Shown: one piece after another, positions 50,086 to 61,834 of the stretch
Layout of the letters: every line of letters starts with the position of its first letter
How positions within the stretch are numbered: the first letter of the stretch is position 1
Assembly (NCBI RefSeq): GCF_003018255.1
Contig: NZ_CP027440.1
DNA length: 64,000 nt
Source of the DNA: Escherichia coli
Lineage (GTDB): Bacteria; Pseudomonadota; Gammaproteobacteria; Enterobacterales; Enterobacteriaceae
Direction: 5' to 3' (one strand)
Translations under genes and position numbers: made by a program
The notes under the pieces: generated by a model
What the model was told of the DNA's origin: nothing
The model's database searches: none
What the model saw: only the letters and a program-made list of their open reading frames with translations

Positions 50086-50324
50086 TAGTGGATCTCCTGC
50101 GCTTCGTTCTGGATTGCTTCAGCGGTCACACGCAGCAGTTCTGCCGCTTCGACGTGGTTTAGCTGGCGGGATGTGATATGACACGCAAGACTATCAAGGC
50201 GGGCAGCCATTGCTTCAGCCCTTGCCCGGCGTTCTTCCAGACGAGCCTCTGTCAGTAAAATATTAAGCCCTGCGTCATCCGGTCCGGTTTTAGTCGTGAG
50301 GGTTTCAATATTACGCATAATCAA
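50085..50324 (-). CDS. Hypothetical early-region protein (79 aa)
   Basis: ORF in the operon frame with no recognisable motif. Confidence 0.5.
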   Translation of the reverse strand: MIMRNIETLTTKTGPDDAGLNILLTEARLEERRARAEAMAARLDSLACHITSRQLNHVEAAELLRVTAEAIQNEAQEIH

Positions 50325-50385
50325 TTCTCCTGAATTTAGATAAAGGGATGCCCGGCGGGTTTACGCCATTAATTTCATTAGCTGG

Positions 50386-50727
50386 TTAATTCGGCATGGT
50401 TAGCCGTCTGGGAAATAAGCTCACCACTGCACGAAAATGATTCATTGCTTTAATCAACTCCCGCTTTTCGTCAGTGGTCAGCTCATTAATGCTGATGCTA
50501 TGACGTTCAGCTGGAATTTTTGCCATAAAGAATATGGCAGCCAGTGCCCGTTTATTTTGTTCGCTATTGATATCCCGTGGATCACGCATATCTTTAATAA
50601 ACCGCTCAAGCTCTGACTCAATATTCAGGCCAAAAACTTTCGCCCTTAACTCCGCAATGTGATTAAGTCCATTCAGGCGTTCACCGGGGCTTAATGGAAC
50701 AGTCGCCGCAGCGCCATTAATTGCCAT
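50386..50727 (-). CDS. Hypothetical early-region protein (113 aa)
   Basis: ORF in the operon with no recognisable motif. Confidence 0.5.
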   Translation of the reverse strand: MAINGAAATVPLSPGERLNGLNHIAELRAKVFGLNIESELERFIKDMRDPRDINSEQNKRALAAIFFMAKIPAERHSISINELTTDEKRELIKAMNHFRAVVSLFPRRLTMPN

Positions 50728-50749
50728 AATTCATATCCCCAAAACGCAA

Positions 50750-50974
50750 CTATCGTTCTTTGTTCTTACGGTAACGTTCAAGAGGAGATACATTTTTTCG
50801 TATCGTCTCTTTAACCTGCTCTCCCCGTAAAAACGTCCCATCCTTTAGCGTGAAAAAGTAACTGCCATCGCCCGACAACGACGGATAACAACAGAGCAAA
50901 TCATCTTCAGGTACTGAATAACTCTCCCCTCTGTAACGAAACTGATAAACCACTTCACTTTCCGCTGCATACAT
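50750..50974 (-). CDS. Hypothetical early-region protein (74 aa)
   Basis: Good RBS GGAGAAAG 7 nt upstream of the ATG. Confidence 0.55.
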   Translation of the reverse strand: MYAAESEVVYQFRYRGESYSVPEDDLLCCYPSLSGDGSYFFTLKDGTFLRGEQVKETIRKNVSPLERYRKNKER

Positions 50975-51141
50975 TTTGACTTTCTCCGTTTCCCCGTGGT
51001 CAATTCAGACAGCAATTCATCTTGTGAACGGCACGGATGCCAGCGTTTACCATCCTTACCCATGATCCAGCCGTGACCGTAGTGCATTGCCGGGCTTTGT
51101 TTTACCAGCAGCGATGCAAATGATGGTTCTTTCGTCAGCAT
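50845..51141 (-). CDS. Hypothetical protein directly after cII (MLTKEPSFASLL...); 3' part overlaps the next ORF out of frame
   Basis: ORF 50845..51171 trimmed to the Met that follows the cII stop; the C-terminal third looks non-native. Confidence 0.35.
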   Translation of the reverse strand: MLTKEPSFASLLVKQSPAMHYGHGWIMGKDGKRWHPCRSQDELLSELTTGKRRKSKCMQRKVKWFISFVTEGRVIQYLKMICSVVIRRCRAMAVTFSR

Positions 51142-51148
51142 AAGCACC

Positions 51149-51658
51149 TCACAGCAAACCGAATGAAGCACCGAGGCCAGTCACGGTATCAACTGCACTC
51201 GCCATCGCAGGATTAGCCTGTAAACGGGCCTGCAATGAAACAGCCGCCAGCGCCATCAGTCGTGTTACAGAGTTAATGCTGCTGATAGCATCACGACGAC
51301 CTGCACTGGTTTTTACATCGCCAGATACCGCACCTGCCGCGACACGTCCTATCTCTGCAGTTGCACTCATGACGTAATGCGGCAGTTTCTCTTTTGCTAC
51401 CTCATTAATCGGTACACATGGCAGGCAGTGAATCTGTGCCAGAAAACCATCTACCAGCGTTGAATCTTCAGTCAGATCGGTAAGCAACCAAATTTCTGGT
51501 GCGGTTAATAAATGAGGTTGAGCTGGGTTCAGTTTGTTCCGCAGAATCTGCACATTCATGCCTGCACGTTCTGCCAGTTGCACCAGATTGTGGCGCAGTG
51601 CGAATGCACGACAGGCTTCATCAAAATGTGGATGTTTGGAAACTTGGTAATCAAACAT
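51149..51658 (-). CDS. cII: CII-like transcriptional activator (phage 186 CII family)
   Basis: Close resemblance to 186 CII as I recall it ([10 protein letters not shown]...[26 protein letters not shown]...). Confidence 0.8.
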   Translation of the reverse strand: MFDYQVSKHPHFDEACRAFALRHNLVQLAERAGMNVQILRNKLNPAQPHLLTAPEIWLLTDLTEDSTLVDGFLAQIHCLPCVPINEVAKEKLPHYVMSATAEIGRVAAGAVSGDVKTSAGRRDAISSINSVTRLMALAAVSLQARLQANPAMASAVDTVTGLGASFGLL

Positions 51659-51722
51659 GGTTTTCAACTCCGAACTTATCGCAAAATCGAACTCAGCGTC
51701 TTATTGCGAAAATAGACGTCTA

Positions 51723-51926
51723 TTAAGCAGACAAAGCATCAACAGTCAGAGCAGCCAGGTTAATCATTACCTTTTCACGTTTTTTGTCTTTACGAAGACG
51801 ATGACGAGGTAGTCGGCCATCAGCCAACATGTCGTTAATCGTATCAATAGAAAGGCCAGTCAGTTCGCTATAACGTTCGATTGTGACATGTGGTGTATTC
51901 AGAGTAATTGAAATGTTAGGTGTCAT
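51723..51926 (-). CDS. apl: Apl/Cox-like excisionase and transcriptional regulator (67 aa)
   Basis: Small HTH protein, first gene of the lytic operon, divergent from cI. Confidence 0.65.
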   Translation of the reverse strand: MTPNISITLNTPHVTIERYSELTGLSIDTINDMLADGRLPRHRLRKDKKREKVMINLAALTVDALSA

Positions 51927-52071
51927 AAGGCAACATTCCTTCTAGATATGGCTTGTGGCGAGCCGTTGTTTGTCGTGATTAGTAGTGAAGGCTCCAAAAG
52001 AACACTTCTGGTTCAACTTTAAGATCTCTTTTGGAATCTGTCAACGAATTTTGGATTTCTTTGGAGGACTT
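51927..52071. promoter_or_regulatory. Lysis-lysogeny switch region between apl and cI (pR/pL and operators expected here)
   Basis: Position only, by analogy with 186; no operator sites were resolved. Confidence 0.4.
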
Positions 52072-52641
52072 GTGGATTTCAATAGCGGCGGTAAGAAAGC
52101 CATAGAACGTTTAGTTGAAGCATATGGGTTCGGTACCCGTCAGGCTCTCTGTGATCATTTAGGTGTTTCTAAGAGCACCATGGCAACGCGCTATATGCGT
52201 GATATTTTTCCAGCAGATTGGGTAATCCAGTGCGCCCTTGAAACGGGCACCTCGCTTAATTGGCTAACAACAGGGCATGGTTCAAAGCAAGCATCAGCAA
52301 ATACAAATACTATGGAAGTTGCTAAATATGTATTATCTGATGGGGCCTTGTGTGAAGACGGTTTTTATATTTTCGATAGGGAATTTCTACCGTCGGCATT
52401 CAAGAATATTTTTGCAATCACAGATAATAATTCTGAATTTGTTTGTGATAAGGAATTTGATGATATACGTGATGGTAAATGGGTAATAAGTATTGATGGC
52501 GAAATAACGATCCGTGACATTACTCGTTTACCCGGTGGAAGAATCTTCGTCGAGGGTGGAAACAGAGCCTTCGAATGCAAGATAGAAGACATTGAAATAA
52601 TTGGTAAAATTATAAGTTTAACAGTCAAGTATGTTAAATAG
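52072..52641 (+). CDS. cI: CI-type immunity repressor (186 CI-like, ~189 aa)
   Basis: ORF 51985..52641; start reassigned to a GTG preceded by GGAGGA; HTH region [29 protein letters not shown]. Confidence 0.75.
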   Translation: MDFNSGGKKAIERLVEAYGFGTRQALCDHLGVSKSTMATRYMRDIFPADWVIQCALETGTSLNWLTTGHGSKQASANTNTMEVAKYVLSDGALCEDGFYIFDREFLPSAFKNIFAITDNNSEFVCDKEFDDIRDGKWVISIDGEITIRDITRLPGGRIFVEGGNRAFECKIEDIEIIGKIISLTVKYVK

Positions 52642-52657
52642 TACCGGGAGGAAAACT

Positions 52658-52849
52658 ATGCTTGGTAAGGTATTTTTTGTGGTTTTGTCATGTTCTTTGT
52701 TATTAAACCCACTAACTACCTATGCTAGAAATTATCCCTGTTCAGGGAAAAAGGGAGGTGTTTCTCACTGTACCTCAGATGGCAAATTTGTTTGCAATGA
52801 TGGAACTATTAGTAAATCCAAAAAAATCTGTACTAAAAACTCACGATAA
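52658..52849 (+). CDS. Small secreted cysteine-containing protein (63 aa precursor), cargo between cI and int
   Basis: RBS GGGAGGAAAA; signal peptide [23 protein letters not shown] with an AxA-like cleavage site; mature part has 4 Cys. Confidence 0.5.
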   Translation: MLGKVFFVVLSCSLLLNPLTTYARNYPCSGKKGGVSHCTSDGKFVCNDGTISKSKKICTKNSR

Positions 52850-53037
52850 CTTTTGCTTTTATATCTGCGCCTAAAATAAAAATGAGCCGCAGGTTAACCG
52901 CAAAAATTACATGCTCACATAGCAAAAAGAATAGCCAACTTAATTATGGCTTCAGTGAGATGTATGGTCGTAGGATTTCATACATTGACACTGGTTATAC
53001 ATACAGTGAAAATGCTCTCTACTGGAGGGCATTTTTT

Positions 53038-54081
53038 ATGGCAGTACGAAAACTAACCACAGGGAAATGGCTTTGCGAATGTTACCCCGCCGGACGCAGC
53101 GGGCGTCGCGTGCGTAAACAGTTCGCTACCAAAGGCGAAGCATTAGCTTTTGAGCGTCACACGATGGAGGAGGCAGAAGCTAAGCCTTGGCTTGGTGAAT
53201 CGGTAGACCGTCGAACTCTACAGGATATCGTTGAACTCTGGTTCAAACTGCACGGCAAATCCCTGACCGCTGGCGAGCATGTTTACGACAAGTTGATACT
53301 GATGGTCGATGCTCTCGGAAATCCCCTCGCCACCGATCTAACATCCAAAATGTTCGCGCACTATCGCGATAAGCGCCTGACGGGTGAAATCTACTTCAGC
53401 GAAAAATGGAAGAAAGGAGCCAGCCCGGTAACTATCAATCTGGAGCAAAGCTATCTGAGTGGGGTCTTTAGCGAGTTAGCCCGACTCGGTGAATGGACAG
53501 CACCAAATCCACTGGAGAACATGCGTAAATTCACCATTGCCGAAAAAGAAATGGCCTGGCTGACACATGAACAAATCACAGAGCTTCTGTTCGACTGTCA
53601 ACGCCAAAGCCCCCTGCTCGCTCTTGTCGTCAAAATCTGCTTGAGCACCGGAGCACGTTGGCGCGAAGCTGTGAACCTGACACGTTCTCAGGTCACGAAA
53701 TACCGAATCACATTTGTCAGAACTAAGGGCAAAAAAAACCGCAGCATTCCGATCAGCAAAGAGCTGTATGAGGAAATTGTTGCCCTAGACGGCTTCAAAT
53801 TATTTACTGACTGCTACTTCCAGTTTTTAGCCGTGATGGATAGAACCTCGATCGTACTACCACGCGGGCAACTTACCCACGTTCTACGCCATACGTTCGC
53901 AGCACATTTTATGATGTCCGGCGGGAACATTCTTGCTTTGCAAAAAATCCTGGGCCACCACGATATAAAAATGACTATGCGCTATGCACATCTTGCCCCT
54001 GATCACCTTGAAACAGCACTGCGTTTCAATCCATTAGCCACACTTTCCACTAAAGCAACGAACCTTGAAGCAAACAGCTAA
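53038..54081 (+). CDS. int: Tyrosine integrase (P2/186 family)
   Basis: ORF 52882..54081 trimmed to MAVRKLTTGKWLCECYPAG...; C-terminal catalytic region HVLRHTFAAHF...MRYAHL. Confidence 0.9.
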   Translation: MAVRKLTTGKWLCECYPAGRSGRRVRKQFATKGEALAFERHTMEEAEAKPWLGESVDRRTLQDIVELWFKLHGKSLTAGEHVYDKLILMVDALGNPLATDLTSKMFAHYRDKRLTGEIYFSEKWKKGASPVTINLEQSYLSGVFSELARLGEWTAPNPLENMRKFTIAEKEMAWLTHEQITELLFDCQRQSPLLALVVKICLSTGARWREAVNLTRSQVTKYRITFVRTKGKKNRSIPISKELYEEIVALDGFKLFTDCYFQFLAVMDRTSIVLPRGQLTHVLRHTFAAHFMMSGGNILALQKILGHHDIKMTMRYAHLAPDHLETALRFNPLATLSTKATNLEANS

Positions 54082-54121
54082 CACGTTAAAATAGCGCACC
54101 TTCCCTTAATAGAGTAAAGCT

Positions 54122-54607
54122 ATGTCCGGCATTGCGGATTTTTTTTCAGTTGTGGCTGCAGTTGGGGCAGTTGTAATCATCCCTGCTGCATATCAACCTA
54201 TTTATCAATCATCTAAAACAAAAAACTATGAGTCTTTGGTAAAAGTTGATTGGGGCAATGAAGGTGACATCTCTACTTCTTATCCACATTTCATACATAT
54301 ACAGTTAGAGAAAGCAGAAGGTGATTGGACTTTTTCAGGAGAACTCATCTGCACAATTAATCCCGAAGAAAAGTTCGTCATTCAGGGTAAACTGAGATGT
54401 CTTAGGACTATAGATGCTGTAATACATCGTACTATTGGCTGGCGGGCTATTGAGATTGGAAAGGCTAAAATCAAGTATGACCGCCGCACAAATCAGTGTC
54501 GATTTATCCCACAAAAGGTTGCTCAGAAGAAACTTGAGACTGATTGCGAACGTGCAATCTTCAGCACCAGCCTCCCTTTATGGGGAAATGACAAATCTCC
54601 GGTATAA
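54122..54607 (+). CDS. Hypothetical protein (161 aa) with an N-terminal hydrophobic segment, cargo between int and attR
   Basis: ORF ends 1 nt before the att core; no recognisable motif. Confidence 0.5.
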   Translation: MSGIADFFSVVAAVGAVVIIPAAYQPIYQSSKTKNYESLVKVDWGNEGDISTSYPHFIHIQLEKAEGDWTFSGELICTINPEEKFVIQGKLRCLRTIDAVIHRTIGWRAIEIGKAKIKYDRRTNQCRFIPQKVAQKKLETDCERAIFSTSLPLWGNDKSPV

Positions 54608-54608
54608 G

Positions 54609-54630
54609 TGGCGACAAAGTGGCGGCAGCG
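54609..54630. repeat. Prophage attachment-site core, right copy (tggcgacaaagtggcggcagcg)
   Basis: Direct repeat of 20223..20244 with one mismatch. Confidence 0.7.
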
Positions 54631-54721
54631 GTTGGCATTGTCCCGTAATCGCCACTCCTTATCACTAACCTAACTTATTGATTGTCTTGCAACTCATTGT
54701 TATTTCTAACCCATTTACATA

Positions 54722-55699
54722 AATGGCAATAAAGTTGAGCTATACGGCAAGATGGTTGGTGAGCGAATTCTGACCGACCGTGAAAATGGTGAAAAAGGCG
54801 ATAATTCTCAAGATACCTCTTATGCCCGTGTAGGCGTGAAAGGTGAAACTCAGATCAACCCTGAACTGACTGGTTACGGTCAGTTTGAACTAGACCTGGA
54901 AGCATCAAACAGACACAACCCTGACCAAACTCGTTTGGCATATGCTGGTTTGAGTTACAAAGATTTTGGTTCATTCGACTACGGTCGTAATGTCGGTGTC
55001 GCGTATGATGCAGAAGCATTTACTGATATGTTTGTTGAGTGGGGCGGTGACTCATGGGCTGGTACTGACCTGTTCATGACCAACCGTACCAACGGTGTTG
55101 CAACCTATCGTAACACAGATTTCTTTGGCATGGTTGAAGGTCTAAATTTTGCTCTGCAATATCAGGGTAAAAATGAAGGTACAGGCAACTACAAAGCAAA
55201 TGGCGATGGCCATGGTTTATCTGCAACTTACACTATTGACGGTTTCTCATTTGCTGGTGCTTATGCAAACTCTGACCGTACTGATTGGCAGTCTGGTGAT
55301 GGTAAAGGCGAAAGAGCCGAAGTTTGGGCGTTGTCAACAAAATATGACGCTAACAATGTCTATGCTGCTGTGATGTACGGTGAATCTCACAACATGAATT
55401 CCGACGACGGTGATGTTGTGAACAAAACACAAAACTTCGAAGCTGTTCTGCAATATCAGTTCGACTTTGGTCTGCGTCCATCCATCGGTTACTCCTATTC
55501 TAAAGCACTGGACGTAGCAGGTTACAAAGATTCTGATCGTCTGAACTATATTGAAATCGGTACCTGGTATTACTTCAATAAGAATATGAACGTATATACC
55601 GCTTATCAGATCAACCTGCTTGATAAGAGTGATTATGTTCTCGCTCATGGACTGAACACCGACGACCAACTGGCAGTTGGTATCGTCTACCAGTTCTAA
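54722..55699 (+). pseudogene. yedS: 3' part of porin gene yedS (OmpC/OmpF family), resuming at NGNKVELYGK...
   Basis: Porin beta-barrel signatures, ending in the canonical ...GIVYQF. Confidence 0.8.
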
Positions 55700-56294
55700 T
55701 CAGCCAACGCGCCGAGGCGTGTTACTGTAAAACATAACACCAGCCTGAGTTCGTCCCTCATCGAACTCAGGCTTTTTTTATTTGCATTTCATCGCCATCT
55801 GCGGCGCACGCAATTGCCAAAGCATATCGATACAGCCCCTTACCCTGCCCCTACTGGCACAATATCCTCTACCAGCAACTCTTCCAGCCAACACCCCAAA
55901 TGCATTTCTTTATAAATTTAATCTGTAACAAAACCGCTTCCCATATAGAAATATTTGCAAAAATAGTGCATGAAAAAAGCTTTTTCCCTACCAATCCGGG
56001 ATATAAATATTCATCAGTACCACAACATTCCACAGCACTAAATCTCTCCCCATCGCCCCCAAACCTCTGATAATGGTCTAAAATCATTGAGGCCACTTGC
56101 GACGACGTTACTCAATAAGGAAAGTTTGGCGTGAATAATATTCAACACCAGTGCAGCATCATAATTACATACTTACACCCGCCGACTACCGCTTTCGATA
56201 TATTGACTCAATTTTCCAGCCTGGGTAAAAATAACGACCAGCTCAGTCGCAAATATAGTGACTACCCTAACTAAGCAACAATAAGGAATACACT

Positions 56295-57146
56295 ATGACT
56301 GTTCAAACAAGTAAAAACCCGCAGGTCGATATTGCTGAAGATAATGCATTCTTCCCTTCAGAATATTCGCTTAGCCAATATACCAGTCCCGTCTCTGATC
56401 TTGATGGTGTGGACTATCCAAAACCGTATCGCGGTAAACATAAAATTCTGGTGATCGCCGCGGACGAACGTTATTTGCCGACCGATAACGGAAAACTGTT
56501 CTCGACCGGTAACCATCCGATTGAAACGTTGCTGCCGTTGTATCATCTCCACGCTGCAGGTTTCGAATTCGAAGTGGCGACCATTTCCGGTCTGATGACC
56601 AAGTTTGAATACTGGGCTATGCCACACAAAGATGAAAAAGTAATGCCATTCTTTGAGCAGCATAAATCGTTGTTCCGCAATCCGAAGAAACTCGCGGATG
56701 TTGTCGCCAGCCTCAACGCTGATAGCGAATATGCAGCAATCTTTGTTCCTGGTGGTCATGGCGCACTTATTGGTTTACCTGAAAGCCAGGACGTAGCTGC
56801 CGCTTTACAGTGGGCAATCAAAAATGACCGTTTTGTTATCTCCCTTTGCCACGGCCCGGCGGCTTTTCTGGCGCTTCGCCACGGCGATAACCCACTGAAT
56901 GGTTATTCCATTTGCGCATTCCCAGACGCCGCAGACAAACAAACGCCAGAGATAGGCTATATGCCGGGTCATCTCACCTGGTACTTCGGCGAAGAGCTGA
57001 AGAAAATGGGCATGAACATTATTAATGACGACATCACCGGGCGAGTACATAAGGACCGTAAAGTTCTCACCGGCGACAGTCCTTTCGCAGCGAATGCGTT
57101 GGGTAAACTGGCGGCGCAGGAAATGCTGGCAGCTTACGCGGGTTAA
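56295..57146 (+). CDS. hchA: Hsp31 glyoxalase/chaperone HchA (283 aa)
   Basis: Full-length match to HchA as I know it. Confidence 0.9.
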   Translation: MTVQTSKNPQVDIAEDNAFFPSEYSLSQYTSPVSDLDGVDYPKPYRGKHKILVIAADERYLPTDNGKLFSTGNHPIETLLPLYHLHAAGFEFEVATISGLMTKFEYWAMPHKDEKVMPFFEQHKSLFRNPKKLADVVASLNADSEYAAIFVPGGHGALIGLPESQDVAAALQWAIKNDRFVISLCHGPAAFLALRHGDNPLNGYSICAFPDAADKQTPEIGYMPGHLTWYFGEELKKMGMNIINDDITGRVHKDRKVLTGDSPFAANALGKLAAQEMLAAYAG

Positions 57147-57253
57147 TCCCTGTTACGTTTGAATGTAAGCGCATAATCAATCGCAGCCGCGTTAGTACTC
57201 ACGACGTGGCTGCGTGTTTTCACGGTTAATTTATGGCGTACTGAAGCCCTATG

Positions 57254-58612
57254 TTAATTTCTTTGCGGTAACGTAATCCGGAATACATTATGCTTATTGA
57301 GATAGTGATACGTAGCACTTCCCCCATGCAATTCGGCAATCGCTTTGACTAAAGAAAGACCAAGTCCCTGACCTACGGAATGACGCGAATTATCTCCCCG
57401 CCAAAATCTACGGAAGAGTTTTTCAGGCTCATGAATTTTCGTTCCAGGGCTGGCGATATCAATATTAAGAGAGCCGTTGGTATCAAGAAAACTGGTTATA
57501 TGAATACGCGATTTTTCTGGCGAATATCGAATGGCGTTAACAATAAGATTCGATAACATTCGTTGCAGTAAAATTTTATCCGCAAAGATTTGCTGATTGC
57601 ACTCGACCTTAAGGCAAATCTCTTTCTCGTCTGAAAGGTATTCAAGATAGTCCAACAAATTTTCGACTTCCTTATTGAGAGAAAGCGAATCCAGTTTCAC
57701 CAAAACATTGTTTTTATCTGCCCTGGCAAGAAACAGTATGTTCTCTGTTAACCGCGAAATATTTTCCAGCTCTTCAATGTTTCCGGCAATTGTTTTTTGA
57801 TATTCAGCGATACTTCTGGTTTGACTGAGCGTAACCTGATTCTGACCCAGTAATGCATTAATTGGTGTTCTAAGTTCATGAGCGAGATCGTCAGCAAACT
57901 GACTTAGACGCTCAAAATCTTTGACTAAAGCATGATGCATTTTATTCAACGCCTGCCCAAGAGGTTTTAGTTCTCTCGGTAATGCGCTAACCTCAACAGG
58001 CTCCCGGTTATCGTTATAATTCAGCGCTTCCGTTACACCACTCAACTTTTTGATCTCTCGTAACCCCGTTCTGATTAACAGCGGACTTAATACTGAGCAA
58101 AGTACAATGGCGACAATGCAAATTATAATGCTATTGATTTTATACTGTTCAAGCATGTTATGTCTGGCTGAAGCCAATTTAGCCACAGTAACCGTTAATG
58201 ATGGCGAAACTTCATCAATATTAATTCGTAAAGCATCTATCTCTGTGTCATTAATAATGCTTCTGTAAATGCCAGCTGCGCTGATTGTCTCACTAGCAGG
58301 TATGTTATTTAACATGCCATCACTGACATTTGTCCGGTTAACAATTTTATTGATGCCATGACCATGAATGATCAAGATATCCTGACTAACATCCATCATC
58401 CGGTTAAAGTACACAGGTAACGTATCTGGATTTACCCCATCAATTAACAACTGCTTGATCTGCGCTGTCCGGTTAATGAGTGTTGTATCATCGCGCCATT
58501 TCAACTCACTTGCCAGGCCATTATAGAGAGTCCAGACAATTCCAGCGCCAGCAACAGACAGCAGCAATATAAAAAGCAAGGTTAAACGGACGGTTATTGA
58601 TAATCTTTTCAT
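57254..58612 (-). CDS. hprS: Two-component sensor histidine kinase HprS (YedV)
   Basis: HAMP/HisKA/HATPase architecture (HELRTP H-box); 452 aa. Confidence 0.85.
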   Translation of the reverse strand: MKRLSITVRLTLLFILLLSVAGAGIVWTLYNGLASELKWRDDTTLINRTAQIKQLLIDGVNPDTLPVYFNRMMDVSQDILIIHGHGINKIVNRTNVSDGMLNNIPASETISAAGIYRSIINDTEIDALRINIDEVSPSLTVTVAKLASARHNMLEQYKINSIIICIVAIVLCSVLSPLLIRTGLREIKKLSGVTEALNYNDNREPVEVSALPRELKPLGQALNKMHHALVKDFERLSQFADDLAHELRTPINALLGQNQVTLSQTRSIAEYQKTIAGNIEELENISRLTENILFLARADKNNVLVKLDSLSLNKEVENLLDYLEYLSDEKEICLKVECNQQIFADKILLQRMLSNLIVNAIRYSPEKSRIHITSFLDTNGSLNIDIASPGTKIHEPEKLFRRFWRGDNSRHSVGQGLGLSLVKAIAELHGGSATYHYLNKHNVFRITLPQRN

Positions 58613-59283
58613 TATTTTTTTACCGCTACGAATGAATATCCCATCCCACGGATTGTGGCAATGAGCTTTTCAGGAAAAGGATCATCAACTTTTGCGCGGA
58701 GCCTGCGAATGGCGACATCCACCGTATTGGTATCACTATCAAAGTTGATTCCCCAAATTTCACTCGCAATAACCGTTCTGGGTATAATTTCGCCAGCTCT
58801 GGAGGCCAGTAGCCAAAGTAACTGAAACTCCTTGCGCGTCAGTGTAATACTGATATTGTTCCTGCTCACACTTTGACTAACAGAGTCCATTCTTAAGCCA
58901 CTGATTTCTAATGTTGAATTCAAAGCGTGATGTTGCCTTAATTGTGCCCGAACCCTTGCCAGCAACTCAGAAAATGAAAAAGGTTTTACCAGATAATCAT
59001 TTGCCCCACTGTCCAGCCCTCTGACTCTGTCATCGATAGAATCCCTTGCAGTAAGGCAAATAACAGGGGTTTGCTTTGCTGTTCTTAACGTTTGTAAGAT
59101 CTGCCAGCCATCCATACCCGGAAGCATAATATCCAGAATGATCAATGCATAATCATCCTTCAGCGCAAGATAAAGCCCATCTCTGCCATCAGAAACGGCA
59201 TCAATGACATAACCCGCTTCGGAAAGCCCCTGCGTTACCCATTCCTGGGTCCTTTGATTATCTTCAATAAGTAGAATCTTCAT
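58612..59283 (-). CDS. hprR: OmpR-family response regulator HprR (YedW, 223 aa)
   Basis: ORF 58612..59394 trimmed to MKILLIEDN... Confidence 0.85.
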   Translation of the reverse strand: MKILLIEDNQRTQEWVTQGLSEAGYVIDAVSDGRDGLYLALKDDYALIILDIMLPGMDGWQILQTLRTAKQTPVICLTARDSIDDRVRGLDSGANDYLVKPFSFSELLARVRAQLRQHHALNSTLEISGLRMDSVSQSVSRNNISITLTRKEFQLLWLLASRAGEIIPRTVIASEIWGINFDSDTNTVDVAIRRLRAKVDDPFPEKLIATIRGMGYSFVAVKK

Positions 59284-59415
59284 GAAAATAATATGCCATA
59301 AATCATATGTTATAGAAACAGCCTGGTTCATTACAAAATTGTAATGCTGCTGTAAGGTTACCCTGGACGTTTTTTCGCTATCCTCAAAACTCATTCACAT
59401 GACAAGGATATAAAC

Positions 59416-59829
59416 ATGTTAAAGCGTTATTTAGTACTCTCCGTAGTAACGGCTGCATTTTCATTACCTTCTTTGGTCTATGCTGCACAACAAAACATTC
59501 TTAGCGTGCACATTTTGAACCAGCAAACAGGAAAACCCGCTGCCGACGTGACAGTCACTCTTGAAAAGAAAGCGGACAACGGCTGGTTACAACTTAATAC
59601 CGCCAAAACAGATAAGGATGGACGAATTAAGGCACTGTGGCCCGAGCAAACTGCAACTACGGGCGATTACCGTGTCGTATTTAAAACCGGGGACTATTTC
59701 AAGAAACAAAATCTTGAAAGTTTCTTCCCTGAGATCCCCGTTGAATTTCATATTAATAAAGTGAACGAGCATTATCATGTGCCTTTATTACTTAGCCAAT
59801 ATGGGTATTCAACCTATCGTGGCAGTTAA
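59416..59829 (+). CDS. hiuH: 5-hydroxyisourate hydrolase (transthyretin-like), periplasmic
   Basis: Signal peptide and the C-terminal YRGS motif of the family. Confidence 0.85.
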   Translation: MLKRYLVLSVVTAAFSLPSLVYAAQQNILSVHILNQQTGKPAADVTVTLEKKADNGWLQLNTAKTDKDGRIKALWPEQTATTGDYRVVFKTGDYFKKQNLESFFPEIPVEFHINKVNEHYHVPLLLSQYGYSTYRGS

Positions 59830-59931
59830 TGCATAAATATATAAAAGCAGATCTCTGCTACTGTTAGGGAGGTGACTCCCTGACAGATTAACAGTAAACG
59901 GCTCTTGCTGGCTAACGACAAAAAAGTGTGA

Positions 59932-60942
<1,011 letters not shown>

Positions 60943-61578
60943 ATGCGTCTGACAGCAAAACAGGTGACATGGCTGAAAGTTTGCCTGCATCTTGCCGGAT
61001 TGTTGCCGTTTCTCTGGCTGGTCTGGGCGATTAATCACGGTGGATTGGGTGCCGATCCGGTGAAAGATATTCAGCATTTTACTGGTCGCACTGCACTGAA
61101 ATTTTTGCTGGCGACCTTGTTAATCACACCTCTGGCACGCTACGCAAAACAGCCGTTATTGATACGCACTCGCCGCCTGTTAGGCTTATGGTGCTTTGCC
61201 TGGGCGACACTGCATTTAACCAGTTACGTATTGCTGGAGCTGGGCGTGAATAATCTGGCGTTATTAGGTAAGGAGTTAATTACTCGGCCTTATTTAACGT
61301 TAGGTATTATCAGCTGGGTAATTTTGCTTGCGTTAGCGTTCACTTCAACCCAGGCGATGCAGCGAAAACTCGGTAAACACTGGCAACAGTTGCATAACTT
61401 CGTCTATCTTGTCGCGATCCTGGCCCCAATACATTATTTGTGGTCAGTGAAGATTATTTCACCGCAGCCGCTCATCTACGCTGGGCTGGCGGTACTGCTT
61501 TTAGCCTTACGGTATAAGAAGTTGCTTTCCTTTTTCAACCGGTTACGCAAGCAGGTTCACAACAAATTATCTCTATAA
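60943..61578 (+). CDS. msrQ: Haem-binding membrane subunit MsrQ (YedZ)
   Basis: Polytopic membrane protein immediately after msrP. Confidence 0.88.
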   Translation: MRLTAKQVTWLKVCLHLAGLLPFLWLVWAINHGGLGADPVKDIQHFTGRTALKFLLATLLITPLARYAKQPLLIRTRRLLGLWCFAWATLHLTSYVLLELGVNNLALLGKELITRPYLTLGIISWVILLALAFTSTQAMQRKLGKHWQQLHNFVYLVAILAPIHYLWSVKIISPQPLIYAGLAVLLLALRYKKLLSFFNRLRKQVHNKLSL

Positions 61579-61599
61579 CTTCATATTGCCGACAAAGTA

Positions 61600-61645
61600 C
61601 GCGTTATCCCTGCCGGATGCGGCGCGAGCGCCCTATCCGGCCCAC
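61600..61645. repeat. REP (repetitive extragenic palindrome) element
   Basis: tgccggatgcggcgcgagcgccctatccggcc, the classic GCCGGATGCGGCG...CGCCTTATCCGGCC-type unit. Confidence 0.7.
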
Positions 61646-61834
61646 ACAGATCGCATCAAGTTATGTTTCGTTTGTCATCAACCTCAAATCATCGACATAA
61701 TTTATTTTATTTCAATAAGATAGATAAGCACACCTGAGAGAACTATTCTCTTGTCTCCTAAGAGTTGTTGCATTTTGTTATATGTTACAATATAACATTA
61801 CACATCATATACATTAACTCTGGAGGAAACTGTT

